Assembly: GCA_040954595.2 (NCBI GenBank) | Contig: CM082587.2 | Location: 5,320,206 to 5,384,205 of the forward strand | Length of the DNA: 64,000 nucleotides | Source: Balanoglossus misakiensis | Lineage: Eukaryota; Animalia; Hemichordata | Reading direction: 5' to 3' | Shown here: positions 27,140 through 40,486 of the stretch, piece by piece | Layout of the letters: every line of letters begins with the position of its first letter | Numbering within the stretch: the first letter of the stretch is position 1 | Made by a program: the position numbers and the translations under genes | The notes under the pieces: generated by a model | The model's input: only the letters and a program-made list of their open reading frames with translations | Told to the model about the DNA's origin: nothing | Databases searched by the model: none

Positions 27140-29627
27140 ATGGAGAATTCTGATCAGGGGGCCATTGTGCATAACGACGGGACCAGTATTGAAATGAAGG
27201 AACAAAATGGACGCCAGGTTACGACCAGAGCTTATAGTGGTAAGTGCATGGCCAGATGTGGGAAAGTGTTAACTTGCGCTATAAATGGAGATAGAGCATA
27301 CACAGCATTTGTACAGAGCTGTGGTGTTTGCGACGATCAATAAATTATCTCCGCTGACATCTCTGTACCTTGTCATCTTCTCTTCATCTGATGTTAAACC
27401 GACAGGATCATGAAATCCCACGGCACTATGATTGTCAATTTTAAGAGGGTTCTTTTGATGAGGCATCTTTTTTTTTTCATTTCATACAAATTACTTGTCA
27501 CTTGTTTTATTTTATAGCCAAGATGATGATGATTGGCTGAAACCTGAAGATTGCTAGGCCCCCATCCTTTGCTGTCAAAAATGTAGTTTTACTGTATGTG
27601 CAGTACTGTATTGCATTGCAAAGTCGACCGCATGGTTTATCAATGTACCCATAATACATATCCCGTTATGGGATGTTCAGTTGTAACAAGCTACATACCC
27701 ACATGCGTTCGAATAATACCCGAATCAGAAAAGCGCTTCCTATGATTGAAACATTTATTTTGCAAACCATTAAGACGGTCTGGAAAGGTAATTTTTCAAG
27801 TGTGTCACTAATGAGAAGTGGCTGCGGAAAACAGGGAAAGTGTAGGGGAAACATGCCGTCGTGCCAGAATTGATGATGATCAATGATGCCGGAACGCTCG
27901 AGCATTTGTACAATGTATATGCTGTGGCGCTAAGGCTCAAACGCTCATTAATTAGATGGTTTATCACAGCTGGTTTCAAAATTTGACCTGTGTGACCTCA
28001 GACTAGTTCATCTATGGTCATCAGTCTGTGCTGTCTATACGCGAATGATGAAAAATTGAGAAATAGAAAACAAACAATGGTATGAGTTATGGCACAGTTG
28101 TCAAAACAATTATGACAATGGGTTATATTCTTATGGAAAACAGTGTAACTAGAAAAACCTGCAACTGGAATGATACATATCACGTCTGAAAAGTATGGTT
28201 TAAAATGAGGTTAAAAATTCCACCACCAAAATTGGCATATTGATTCTTTCCCCCGGCTGTATATATCGATCCAGCTGAAAGCCAGCTTGTAATGCGCTGT
28301 CGCAAATGTTTAAACAAGGTATCTTCACAGCAGAAAATCTTCTTTCTATTCTACGCGAAAGGGGTGGCTTCTACGGTAGAATTCAATGTAAAACCACTGT
28401 CACTGCATATTTTATGAGAAGTACTGATTATGAAGAGTATTAAAATGACAATGCGACAATAGTTTGTATACACTGATGAATGGGAACATTATCGTGCATC
28501 TACATCAGTCGCTTCAGAGGTCAGCAATGTGGTGCTGTTATAACGTATGTTGTTATACTGTAAAACAGGAAATTTTCGCAAACAATAAATGAAGTGAGGT
28601 CCTAACTTTTAGAGGAGGTCTCCCGTCATGATCGTTGAGTAACAGTTGTCTCTCTTGATATCTGAAAATTTCCTGTCGCGAAAATTTCCCGTTTTACAGT
28701 ATACATGTATGGTGTATATATAAACACACACACACTAACACACACACACCAGTGTATGGTTTATGAACTCATATTGCTGCAATACTAAAATATGACTGCC
28801 CTGTTAAACTAACCAGAATGGTCCTTTAACAAAAACTTGCCTATTAACCCTTTGATCCCAGCTTGGAAGACTACTTTCCAGTGACATCATACATTGTAGG
28901 TCACCAGGGAGTTGGTTTGCAAAGAGATGAAATGAAAGGACAAGCCAGTCTGACTGATTCCTCCTTGCAAGAAATAAAAATGAAATAAAATCCCCTAAAA
29001 ATCTAACTATATACCACAGCAAACCACAATTTTGTTCATAAATTAATCTTCTTGTGGTGAATATATGATTGCAATAAAATATTTAATTTTGTAAGATTCA
29101 AAATCATGAAAGCCAGAGGCTAATAGTTGTGTACTGCACGATGGTAAGAATGTTTGATAATTAAAAAAAATGGATGTACATGTAAGTTGCTGAATATGTA
29201 CTTTGTCCCTTGAGATGGTGTAGAGATATCTGTAGAATACATGTAAGCATGAAATAGTTATTGGCCCTGGGGTCATTCGACGGGTCATGATGGTGATGTA
29301 TGGAATTTCAAACTCACTGATGTTTTAAATGCCAAATTTAGCATCCGTGTGATCCAAGCAAGATGTTGGACAAAATCATTTCTGTCGACCAGTTTCTTTC
29401 CATGTACATTGTACCAGCAGTAATTTGTTTTTCTACATATAAATTTAATAAACACAGAAATATAACCCAGCATATGTTAACTCTCGTACTATGAGTTATT
29501 GTTTTGCAAATGGCATAGAAAAAGACTATTTTTATCAGTCGTATGTTTACCTAACATGGGTTTAGAAGGCACACTCATCATTTTCATCATCACCTTCGTC
29601 GTCGTCGTTGTCATCATCATCATCATT

Positions 29628-29709
<82 letters not shown>

Positions 29710-32700
29710 ACATCATCATCATCTGAGAGCTGCTATGGTGACTAAAATTCATGACTGGCATGCATGCCTGCAAACCAACTCACTCTGATCTTCTACGTGA
29801 ATTGTCTCTTAATGAAAAAGCAGTAGACATGTCAATTGATATGTACTATTGATCATGCACTCAAACAAGATAAGCTATCGGATATCTTTGCAAAAGGCTT
29901 CAGAAAACCCTGCTGAACTATGCACTTTGGGTGAAAGAGATGTTAAAGGTGCATGCACAGTCACCTGTGCAAATTTAGCTACATCAGGGAAAGTTGAGAT
30001 CTAGCCAATCACAGATTTTTGGCAGGGTAGCCATGCACGCACAATCAAAGGCTTAGACTTGCCCCCTTTAACCATATATGGGCATATGGAAATTGAATTG
30101 TAGGTGTGTTGAATGTGGAAAGTGAATATTGAGACAGTGTGATCCGTTCCATCCCCCCGGAGGTTTCACTAGAAGAGCCCTGAAGTGTCTAGAATCCGAG
30201 CTACCTCGCTTCTAAATAAACCTGACAGGCCTACATTACAAAGACACCGAAGCTGTGTGATTTGCGATGTGACTAGAATGTATTGAGGCAGACGTTTTCA
30301 TCCCAGTGTGCTTTCTGACAAGCCCCGATTTTAGAGCTTTACGAATTTGTCTGACGCTAGTGGAAATTGCTTTGTGTCAGCTCTGTCAAAACAGTGTAAG
30401 TGGAAAATGAGAAACAGGTCGTGTGTTATTGGCAGAACCTAGCGCGACAATATGGCACGTCAGATTTGCATATACGATGAGGGCTGAGTAATATACCACT
30501 GTCAAAATTCTTCGTGTGAATTTCTGACTGAGTTGGAAATGATAGTTGTCAAATTTTTATTTCATGTACGTTTTGTTTTCCATTGCAGGCGAAGCTGCTG
30601 CCAATCCTGGCTTCTGTGGATACTTGCTGATTGTGATATCATGGATTATGTTTCTGATCACCATGCCGATCTCCTTCTGTTTTTGCATCAAGGTAGGTGC
30701 ACATGCATGCATGAAGTCTCCACCATCTCTCTCCCTGGCAGTCAAAAAGTAAAGTTGCACTACCAGTATAAACGTTGGAGGTTGACCCAAAATTATGTTT
30801 ATATGTTGTGCATACTTCTCACAGGTGTACCAGACATTATTTAACGGTCTGCTAGGCATTATAAAAATTACATGCAGTTCCGGTTGAGAAGATTGTCGTA
30901 ATGATGGATGGGAGGCTATACAATGCAATGTTTGCTCCATATATACATAAAATATTAATGTACCGAGTGAAATCAGTCCTTGAGTTATTATACCCTAGAG
31001 GCCCAGGTATGGGAAATGAATATTTCTAGCCGAATTACTTATGCCAGTGTTGGCAACATGCACACTATACTCTGGCCTGCCATTTTCTTTTACACTGTGA
31101 TGTGATTGGTCAGTTGAACTCACTTGGGATCATAGTCCTTACTGAAGTTTCTAGAGTAGAAAGTGGGACCACATGTTTATTTTATGCCAGAAGATGAACA
31201 GTTTCAGGTGTTCAATGGGATTAAACTCGGATTATTGCGATGGCCTCGTAGACTTCACTGAGAGAGAGTAAAGAAGATGGCGGATAAAGCTCCTCTTTTG
31301 TCTGAAAACACCCGAGACGAATTAATTCCCTGATTCATTGTCCCTTGGATGTAAACAAGATATATATTTGTAATTAGATTGATCTACCGGTACAAGCAAA
31401 CATCTCTCTCATCAAAAGACCATGCTACAACCAAAAGGTTAGCCGGCATATCAGTTTTCTAGTTGATGTCGCTGGGCCATCAAATGGTAATGCAATTGTC
31501 CAATTTGCTTGTAAAATTTGCCAGTAATAACATCACAAGTTTGTGCGTGTGTTTTTCCCTCGCGTCCCTGTATGTAATGTGATATGCAATGGTTGGATGG
31601 ATAAAAAAAAATCTTGTTGGAATATATACACATCACTGTCACAAGATACAGCGTACGTTATTAGCATAATCAGTTTGGACTATTGGCAGGGGAGCCCAGG
31701 TCTGTGCAGTACAAGTATCCAGTGTAAACTTTATTTTAATATTGAATCATTTGTAAAATTGTCGTTCACATGAAAGCTGATCACTGAGAGAGCAAGGTAC
31801 TGAGTGTCTCCCTAGGATGAAATCTAATATAAGTAATTGTGTGATTTGGGTGGGGTTTTTTAATGAGTGGCAATAACATGAAAATTTAAACGAGGCCAGT
31901 CGACAACCTTTTGATGGTCACACTTGTCAGCAAAATTAGATAGGATGAATAAAAAAATTATAATACAGTATTTTATAATTAATAATTAGATGTGTACATC
32001 TGACCATAAATGTTTCATTATAGTGATATTCATGGTCTCTGAGGATTGCATTGTAATTGTGAAAAACGAAGACACTGAGTGCTAAAACAGCAAATTTAAT
32101 GGAAAAACCAGTACCTTAATGGAGAGGGATATTTGGGCATGCTTTTTCCATCTCTCATCTTTGTAGAGGATGTTACAGTGCCATGTACTCAAAGTAAAGT
32201 GGAAAAAACTACACTCTTCAGAGAGAGCTTAGCTGTTCCAATGACTGTCTTATCTCTCTTAACGTATCATTGATAATATGATTTATGCCATCTGCTAGGA
32301 TTTTCGAGAGATTTTTATCGGGAGTAATCATGGTTGCAAGGGCTCAAAAAAAGCCATTAACAGAAACACTGACTGAATGCAAAGTAACATGAAAAGACGA
32401 TAAATACAGGGAAATTAAAATTGATGACATTGTCCGAACCTACCGAAGGCCAGCATATCATTGCTGGAGGTCTCAGTGGGATAGTGAGGATGGATACATG
32501 TGTGTGTGTGTGTGTCATGTTTTGAGGGTCAGATCAGAGATATGGGGAGAGACACCAGTTAAAGGTACATGTACACAGTCACCAATGCAAATTAGACCTT
32601 GGAAAGAGGCGGTGTAGCCATATGTAGCAATCAAATATTTTCAGTTGGTGGCCACACAAAAAAGAGCACAATCGCTCGGACATGACCCTATACCCTTAAA

Positions 32701-35404
32701 TTGGTGTTATTTTCTACATATCGGTACAATGTACGGTAATTTCAGAAAATTAATAAGGAATTATATTAGAATCAATTAATGTGAGTACCATTTTGTTGTG
32801 ACAGGTCGTTCAAGAATACGAACGTGCGGTGATCTTTCGCCTGGGACTTCTGCTGCCGGGTGGTGCCAAGGGGCCCGGGATCTTCTTCATCCTGCCCTGC
32901 ATTGATACCTACCAGAAAGTGGATTTGAGAACGGTCACCTTCGACGTCCCACCACAAGAAGTAAGTCACGTGTGCTAAGTTATACACCTCTTGTTGTGTG
33001 GTCACAGATCAAGCTACTGTATGTTTTAGCAATGAGAAGCTCGGTCAAAAACTGTAGTTCCCAAATATGTGTATCCAAACACTGGGATACCCGCAACAAC
33101 CATCATTATCAATTGAGTATAAGTTACAGATACTTGAAATATGTTATCATTCTCGTCTTACACTTGTTCTTTTTTTTGCTACTTTGTTGCAAAATAGATT
33201 TTGAGTAAAGACAGCGTGACAGTGGCTGTGGATGCAGTTGTGTACTACCGCATCACCAACCCCACCATATCGATCACCAACGTCGAGGACGCCCAACGCT
33301 CCACCCGTCTGTTGGCGCAAACGACGCTACGCAACGTGCTGGGCACCAAGACCCTGCAGGAGCTGCTGTCCGATCGGGAGTCAGTCAGCATCCAGATGCA
33401 GACCGCCCTGGACGAGGCCACCGATCCCTGGGGCATCAAAGTGGAACGGGTTGAAATGTAAGTGGATCACTGTCTGTCAGTTGCTTCGGTTGTACGAATG
33501 ATGTTCTTAATGCACTTATACGCCTCAGACAGACAACGCGACAGACACAGCCAGACTCTCACAAATAGACCTGTCTGTGAGCTATCAAAGCTTGAAACGC
33601 CAGCGAGTTGATTTTATTTTATTGCTGGTCATTGAACGTGCTGAAGCATGAAGGCGATGATATTAATGTTATGCCAGGCTGTCGCATCAAATCTAATTCC
33701 ACTTTAGCAAACTCAGCGCTGTTATCTGTCTGGCCAGCTCTACTACAAGCACAGTTTGATTATACATTGTATTTAATGTAACTGTACTATACAGTGAAGT
33801 GCATGGCACCTCATATAGTAATTTTATCCGTGAGAATTTCCTATCGGCTTTATTGTATCTAACATGGGATTTCCTTTAATTGGCTCTCAAAGAGGTCTCC
33901 TCTGTGTATATAATTCCAACTTCTCGGCCTCCAGTTGTCTCTGGGGTAGCTTGCGGGCCAAATATTTATTACATAGCTTTGTCTAATTGGATCCTTAAGC
34001 AATCCTGACAATTTCTGTGCTGCCAGCTCTCTCCAGAGTCAGCTCAGCGTTTAATTACCGGAAGTATATTTAATGGTTTCTCAAAGCAATAACACGACTC
34101 CGCCCTTCAGGTGTCTCTGGAGTGTGATGTGCCCTTGTTTCTTTTTTTTTATCACAAAACTGGCAGGTGTTAATGGGCTGTGATTAATTTCACTTTATTG
34201 GCTGCTATTCACAAAAGATTGTTTAAGCTGTCTCGACAATTAAGCGTCGGAAATGCCAAGAGCAATCAGCTTGATGAATCCAAAAATGACTCTTCATGGT
34301 CAAAGTGTGAAGGTTGCATCTTGTGGATACTTCAGATATGAAGGGAGATCTCATCCATTTTTAATTGAACACATATAATTAATGGCATCAATGTGACTTG
34401 CTTGATATAATAACACCAGACTACGGATGACAAATATCATTATCAGAGTATAGCATACAATTATATATGTCTACTAGGTAGATTTGAAGTTATGGGAGTT
34501 GGCAATATTAATTGATTATCAGACTACTAAAGTCTTAATTGTGAGTTGAGATCAGTCTGTGACACACATTCACACCTGCACCAAACTTGTAGAATCTAGC
34601 GTTCAATCTCAGAACTGTCCTCCCTGATAATTATGGTTGACTCGATCACACTACCTTCACTTTACAGTAAGGACGTACGTCTACCTGTGCAACTGCAACG
34701 GGCGATGGCGGCTGAGGCAGAGGCAGCCAGGGAAGCCAGAGCCAAGGTAAACACACAAGTTCAAGTTCAAACCCCACACATATTCATAAGCTTTGTTTGA
34801 ATGTTCTTTGTTACATGCTGCTCAGGGAGAGATTTTCAGAAAAGCGATAATCCTCCGAAATGTTCAATTCTTCACTGTATTAAAAATTGTGAGATGTCTT
34901 TTGGATAAAAAATGATTGTAATGTATAATTTAAGTATTAGAAAAAATTATTAAACGTTTGGAATTGGTTTACTCAGTATATTGTTCACCTATGGAAAATA
35001 AGCTATAGTTACCATGGCAAATTGAGATCTAGCCAATCACAGATTCTCAGTGGGTGGCACACGCGAAAGAAAGAGCACACCACCATATGTTTTTTAGAAC
35101 ACTCACATATGCCATATATGGGAGTATGTAAATTGGAGGTGACTGTGTACCTTTAAAATACAATGTTATAATCTAGTCATCATTTTTTCCCAAGGTCATT
35201 GCTGCTGAAGGTGAACAGAATGCATCCCGTGCCCTTAAAGAAGCCGCCGAAGTTCTCAGCCAGTCTCCATCGGCTCTGCAGCTCCGTTACCTGCAGACGC
35301 TGAACACCATCTCAGCCGAGAAGAATTCCACAATCATCTTCCCCCTGCCAATTGATTTGATCAGCAGCATGGTCAACAACCAGGCAACTTCGACAAAGAT
35401 GTAG
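27140..35404 (+). CDS. STOM: Stomatin / band 7 (SPFH) membrane protein, MEC-2/stomatin-like
   Basis: Exons 27140-27239, 30589-30692, 32805-32960, 33198-33457, 34668-34746, 35195-35404. Hairpin membrane segment, [80 protein letters not shown]. Confidence 0.94.
28558..28699. mobile_element. Small TA-flanked MITE related to 3657-3821
   Basis: ta|CTGTAAAACAGGAAATTTTCGC ... GCGAAAATTTCCCGTTTTACAG|ta. Confidence 0.75.
29575..29723. repeat. (CAT)n microsatellite
   Basis: Visible tandem triplets. Confidence 0.95.
29943..30100. mobile_element. Fragment of a dispersed TTAA-terminated repeat family (other pieces near 32559 and 35021-35157)
   Basis: TTAAAGGT..CACAGTCACC at 29943 and 32559; its reverse complement GGTGACTGTGTACCTTTAA near 35138-35156; shared internal TTGAGATCTAGCCAATCACAGATT and CCATATATGGG..AAATTG at 29994-30096 and 35022-35136. 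Confidence 0.6.
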
Positions 35405-37531
35405 GATTCGGTCAGGCTTTAAATGAGATTTTTCAAAAAAAAATTGTATCGGTGAAGAAAGACAAAAGGCTGATTCATGTTCGGTGACAGAGGGCGCCAC
35501 TTACAAGGCTCCTATGACTGCCTACTTTCGCGTCAGATTTCATGAATCTTTCCCCCATCGTTGACGGTCACACTGCCTATCAAAGATTTCCAGGAGTACT
35601 GTGGTTGTCAGGTAGGTTTGATTGGTCGATGGTAGTTGGTCACAGGAGCCAGGCGCTTGGAGTATATACACGCGTATAGCCCAGCTGAACACACACGAAA
35701 AATGAGCTGTTCATTTTTACGGTTTATGGGGTAATATTCCATGAAGGCTAGCTGCTACTGCCAACATGCCTGCCAAATGCAGATTTGTAATAGTCCACCT
35801 TAAACTGTTGTCAGTACCCTACATCTGACTTTAATCAGATTGACAAAGAGGCTGCTTCTGCAAATAAGTCTGATCTATAGTCCAAGACACGCAATCAGAA
35901 AAAAATAAATAAAAGCGGCTGTCACATATTCTTGGATGTCTGTACACTCCGTGCACATTTCAGTCCAGCTTTTGTACAACAAACGCTGTGCCTTCAAGGT
36001 CGGGGGCCACCAAGATAATTCCCCTTGAGAAATCTTCATTGCTAGAGACTGCAACCATGCCCTTTCCTGCCAAACGCATACAATAACCTCTCTGTCAATT
36101 TTTTTTTTACTTTTATGAAAGTAGTGCTAGAGTTTCATGTCATCATTGATAAAACCACTTATGGTAATAGCACTGCATACATGTATTTATCATAGAATAT
36201 AGAATGTTGTCATTTGTGTCAGCCTTTCTCCCTTTTTATAAAAATAATATCTCGGAATTTAGCCAGTGATTCACATTTGCCATGTCTAGCTTTAATAATC
36301 TAAGTGTACTCCAACCAAGTTAAATGTCCGAAAATTAAAAAAAATCAATTCCTGTATAAGTTTCAATGTCACCCCTTGTTCTCATGCATCTTGCAATAGA
36401 CCCATTGAAATAGACCAGTAGAGCCATTCCATTTCCAGTTTTGTGGGGTACAGTGTTTATATTGTAGACTTACAAATGTATGATGTAGGTTTAGTTGTAT
36501 ATAGACACATATAGATATATATTTTCTGTGTAGAAGGATAAGAGAAATGATAATGTTAGACTTTTCATGGATCTATTTATTTGAATCAGAGTAGGTAGAA
36601 TACTTCTTGATAATGGGCAAATTTTTACCAATTTTAAATGAGACGTGTTAATGATATCTTGCATTTTGCAAATTTCTAGGTGGTACATTGTGAATGGATA
36701 GTGGTTGTATGCACACATGTATGGGATCTTTGTATTTCTGTACTGCATCAAAGACAATTCTTTAATATAAAGTAGCAATGTATGAGGCTGAAATACTTTC
36801 TATTATTTATTTTTCAAGAAAAGATGTCATAGAGGCTAAATTGTTTTGACAACATCCATAATGCAATGCTCTTGATGTTAATAGCTTTTTTTGTTTGTAC
36901 AGGCTTTGAAAGACATTATGACTGAATAAGGCTGACTGGCAGTGAGATTTTGGTGTAAAATGTAACGTCTTGAAACATTAATAACCTTGTGAGCAAAACA
37001 GTGCATGTATTTGTAAATCAGATCTCACATTCTAAAAGTGTACATTTTATGAACAAAAAGGTATTGTTAAGTACAACTGTAATTATCTGATGGACTTTGT
37101 ATTGCACATACTTTAGCAATGCACACCTTAAAAATGGACACTGTAAAATAAATAAAAAGCCATGAGATGTATTAAATTTTCTGTACTTCATGTTATGCCA
37201 TATCTAGCAACAATCAATACAGAAAATATCTTGAAATGTCGTTCGCACTGAGAGATAACACTTTACACATTTATATTGATATATATAATATATGTAGTCA
37301 TAGAGATAGATATAACACTGTCATTTTATTTAACATAATTTAACTTTGCGAAGAAAAATAACTACACTTTTCTCAAATGTATGAGGCTGCAGAACAGAAG
37401 TTGAAATAAAGTTCCATAAAAAACTGATAACTTTTGTGTGACTTGCTCATTTGTATGTGTATATACTATCATTTCTTCTGTGGGACTGAAAAACAGGAAG
37501 GTTCTGGAGTATTGATGTACATTGGTAATTG

Positions 37532-39722
37532 TCATATTTCACGGAAAATTTCTTCTTTTTCTCGGTCTTCGAACATCTGCATGCATCTTTCCACCTCGGC
37601 CAGAGAGGCTTTGCCCTGGCTTGCTTTTGCCACCACTTCATCGACCGTCGCCATGTCGATATCTGACAAGTCCTCCCCTTGCGTGTCCGCGATGAACTCT
37701 TTTAGGGTCAGCAAGTCGTCGTGGATGCCGTCCACATTCTGGAACCGCGGCAGTTTGGACACTTTGACGGCGAAGGTGAATCGAGCACCTGAGGTGAGAG
37801 AATAAATGTTGTGTATGACAGGAGTGAGTGTTTGTACAGTCAGAATTACTCAGGGTGGGGGTGGGGGTACTCTCATAGAAGACCTCCCCCTTGAATCTAC
37901 CCCCCCCCCCTCCCCCAGGCCGAAGAAATTGACCAGTCCCTAACCTTGAGTTAGAAGCAGGTAGAATTTCAACCAGAGGGGCTACACACCCTACTCAAAT
38001 TTATTAAATTACCCCCCCCCCCCATACTTTTGCTCAAAAACATTTGAAAGCTCTTGAAACTTATACATACCATTTACCAGTGAGCTAGGTGGCCTTGCTG
38101 AATGCGGTATGGCACAGTTGAATACTGCTATCCGACCATACTTGGGCTTAATTGCCAGCACTGGTTCCAACATCTCATCAAAGAAGACAGTCTCTCCGTA
38201 ATATTCCACCTGCAAGTGAAGGGAAACTCACCAAAGTTGAAGGAAAAAGTTACAGAAATAAAGTTCAAATCTTTGATACAAAAAAAGCCATAAGCTTAAT
38301 ATTACCTTCCAATCTTTGTTCAGGTACAACAAGAATGTGTACTCATCATCTGAGTGGGCACAGTCCAGGTGAATTTTACTGTGGTCAGAACCCCGGATGA
38401 GATTGCAGGTGACATCATAGGGCATGTGTCCCGTCTCACCAGTCACAAACTGAACCAGTTGCTGGGCAACAGCCCAGATCTGGGTCTTCACAAATGTATA
38501 TACTGGATATCCTGAAGCATGAAGTAAAAGTAAATCTTATTGAGGCCAACTGACGAATGGGGTTAAAACTCCTTTCTGGCTGTGGTATAACAAAGACCAA
38601 TCAATGCTAATGAGTGTCAGTTGGAAGGAATATTACTTCAGAAAAGGCATTCTGATCTAATTATCACCCAAACCATGTTCCAGATTCAACAAAAGTCTTG
38701 AGATGTTTAGTTATACATGTAGTATATACAGTACTGTGCTTTGAATTGTCTAAATACTAACCTGATGCCCAATAGACATTGTCAGATGAATCCACAGGTT
38801 CGCTCTCTTGGTACGTAGCGTTGGCAACGATAAAATCCACCAATGCATCCAGAACCGACTTCTCTAATACGTCATCAAATATGTACACACCAGCGTCCCC
38901 ACTGAGAGATGCCTTCTTCACTAAGAAATCCACGGGATCTATTTTCTTGGCCTCTCCAGGCGGAAAGTAGTACTCGTTTTCTGCAAGCGTTGTGAAGAAT
39001 TCATCCTCTTTGATGCGCTCAGTCGTCTCTGCGTCTTGGCTTATTTGCTTGGAGCTGGTTGCTCTGACAACCAATACTTTACGTCCCCCGTTTGAGTTGA
39101 TAGAGGGCGGTTTAACTGTGTAATTGGTCGGACAAGATACGATGACGATTCGCCCAGGTTTGGGGTGAACCACTTTGTGTGTCGCTGTGGGAGCATGCAG
39201 CTGTACTCCACCGTAATCGTTTTTCTCATACTTTGAATTCAGAAACACAAAGGCAACGACTTCATTTTCATCCACACAGCTCTGCATAATTGTTTGATCC
39301 GTTCTCCACATACCGATTGCTTTCACTTCTCGAAGGTAAAAAGTGTCCCCCGTTCTTTCGGCCAGAAGTTCTCCAAGAAGGTGCCAAGTTTTTGTCCTCT
39401 TGAAATGATGGATTGGAAACCGGACTACCCACGGACCTTCTTGCGACCTGTCCTCGGAAAGACCAATTTCCAACTCGTGAAATGTAAAATGTCGATACTG
39501 ATCGACATCGAAGTCCCAGAAGAGGTAATTCGAGATATATCGGTTGAGATATCTCAACCTGGCTGCGGGGAAAGTTTGGTCCACCACTTCAACAACCAAG
39601 TTCCCCGAACAAGCCTGGGGGTTCTTTGCGTCGTGGCACTCTTCTGTAAAAACGCCACTGTTACCAAACAGCAGTAGAACAAAGTAGAGAACAACATGGC
39701 AGAACAGGATCGGCGGCTTCAT
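37532..39722 (-). CDS. Signal-peptide protein with tandem 2OG-Fe(II) oxygenase-like domains (paralog A)
   Basis: Exons 39722-38762, 38511-38306, 38209-38071, 37788-37532 (GT-AG, in phase). Hydrophobic N-terminus. Domain 2 has HLD..TFLLYLN..W..YYGETVF..P..GRIAVF..H(SARPP)..R(FTFAVK), the HxD..H..R pattern of prolyl-hydroxylase-like 2OG oxygenases. Confidence 0.85.
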
Positions 39723-40486
39723 GATATGAAATTTTTGAACAAAAATTCACAACACAACTTCGAAAAAGTGCAGGATGACGATGATACGCTCGAGTCTGCC
39801 CACTGTGGTTTCGCCAGCTCCCCGCCACGAACACCAAAACTGCGAATGTAACCAAACTGGGTGCTTTATATCAGCAAAGTCTTCGCCTATCACAACAATA
39901 TAAAGTGCATTTAGAATCTTACGTGGAAAATACATTAACAAACGGTTCTTCCGGGTACGGGTGGATCTTTGATCCTTGGTTATTTGCATGTTGGGGGCGC
40001 TATATACTGCACAATATTCTCCCGGACAATAGGGCGGGGACGTGGGCGGGGACTCTCACTGCACACACCCCTATGTGTTTTACCAAGGAACTTCTGATGA
40101 ATGTTTTTCACAACTTTAAGTGTAAGGTTATGATAGTACTATATGTGTGCCACGTCTATTATGTACTCCTCTTTGCTTCAGTTCAAGTATTTAATAAACT
40201 CTTGTTTTTACAAGACCATACATCATCATGAAGAAAGACTTCATAAAAGTTGCTAATACTTCTTCGCATCTTTACCATTGATGACTCATCAGGGAAACTG
40301 GAGTGTGCAAAACCCAAAATCGAATGTAATCTCCAGTAACAGTTTATTTTGCAAATTCAAGGCCACTGATGCTCCAGCACATCGACGAAACTTGATACAG
40401 ATTCTAGAGACATAACACGTAAAAAACTACCCCCCCCCCTAAAAAACCCCCCACAAATTTTACAAAAAACATATTCGTAACTGTTG

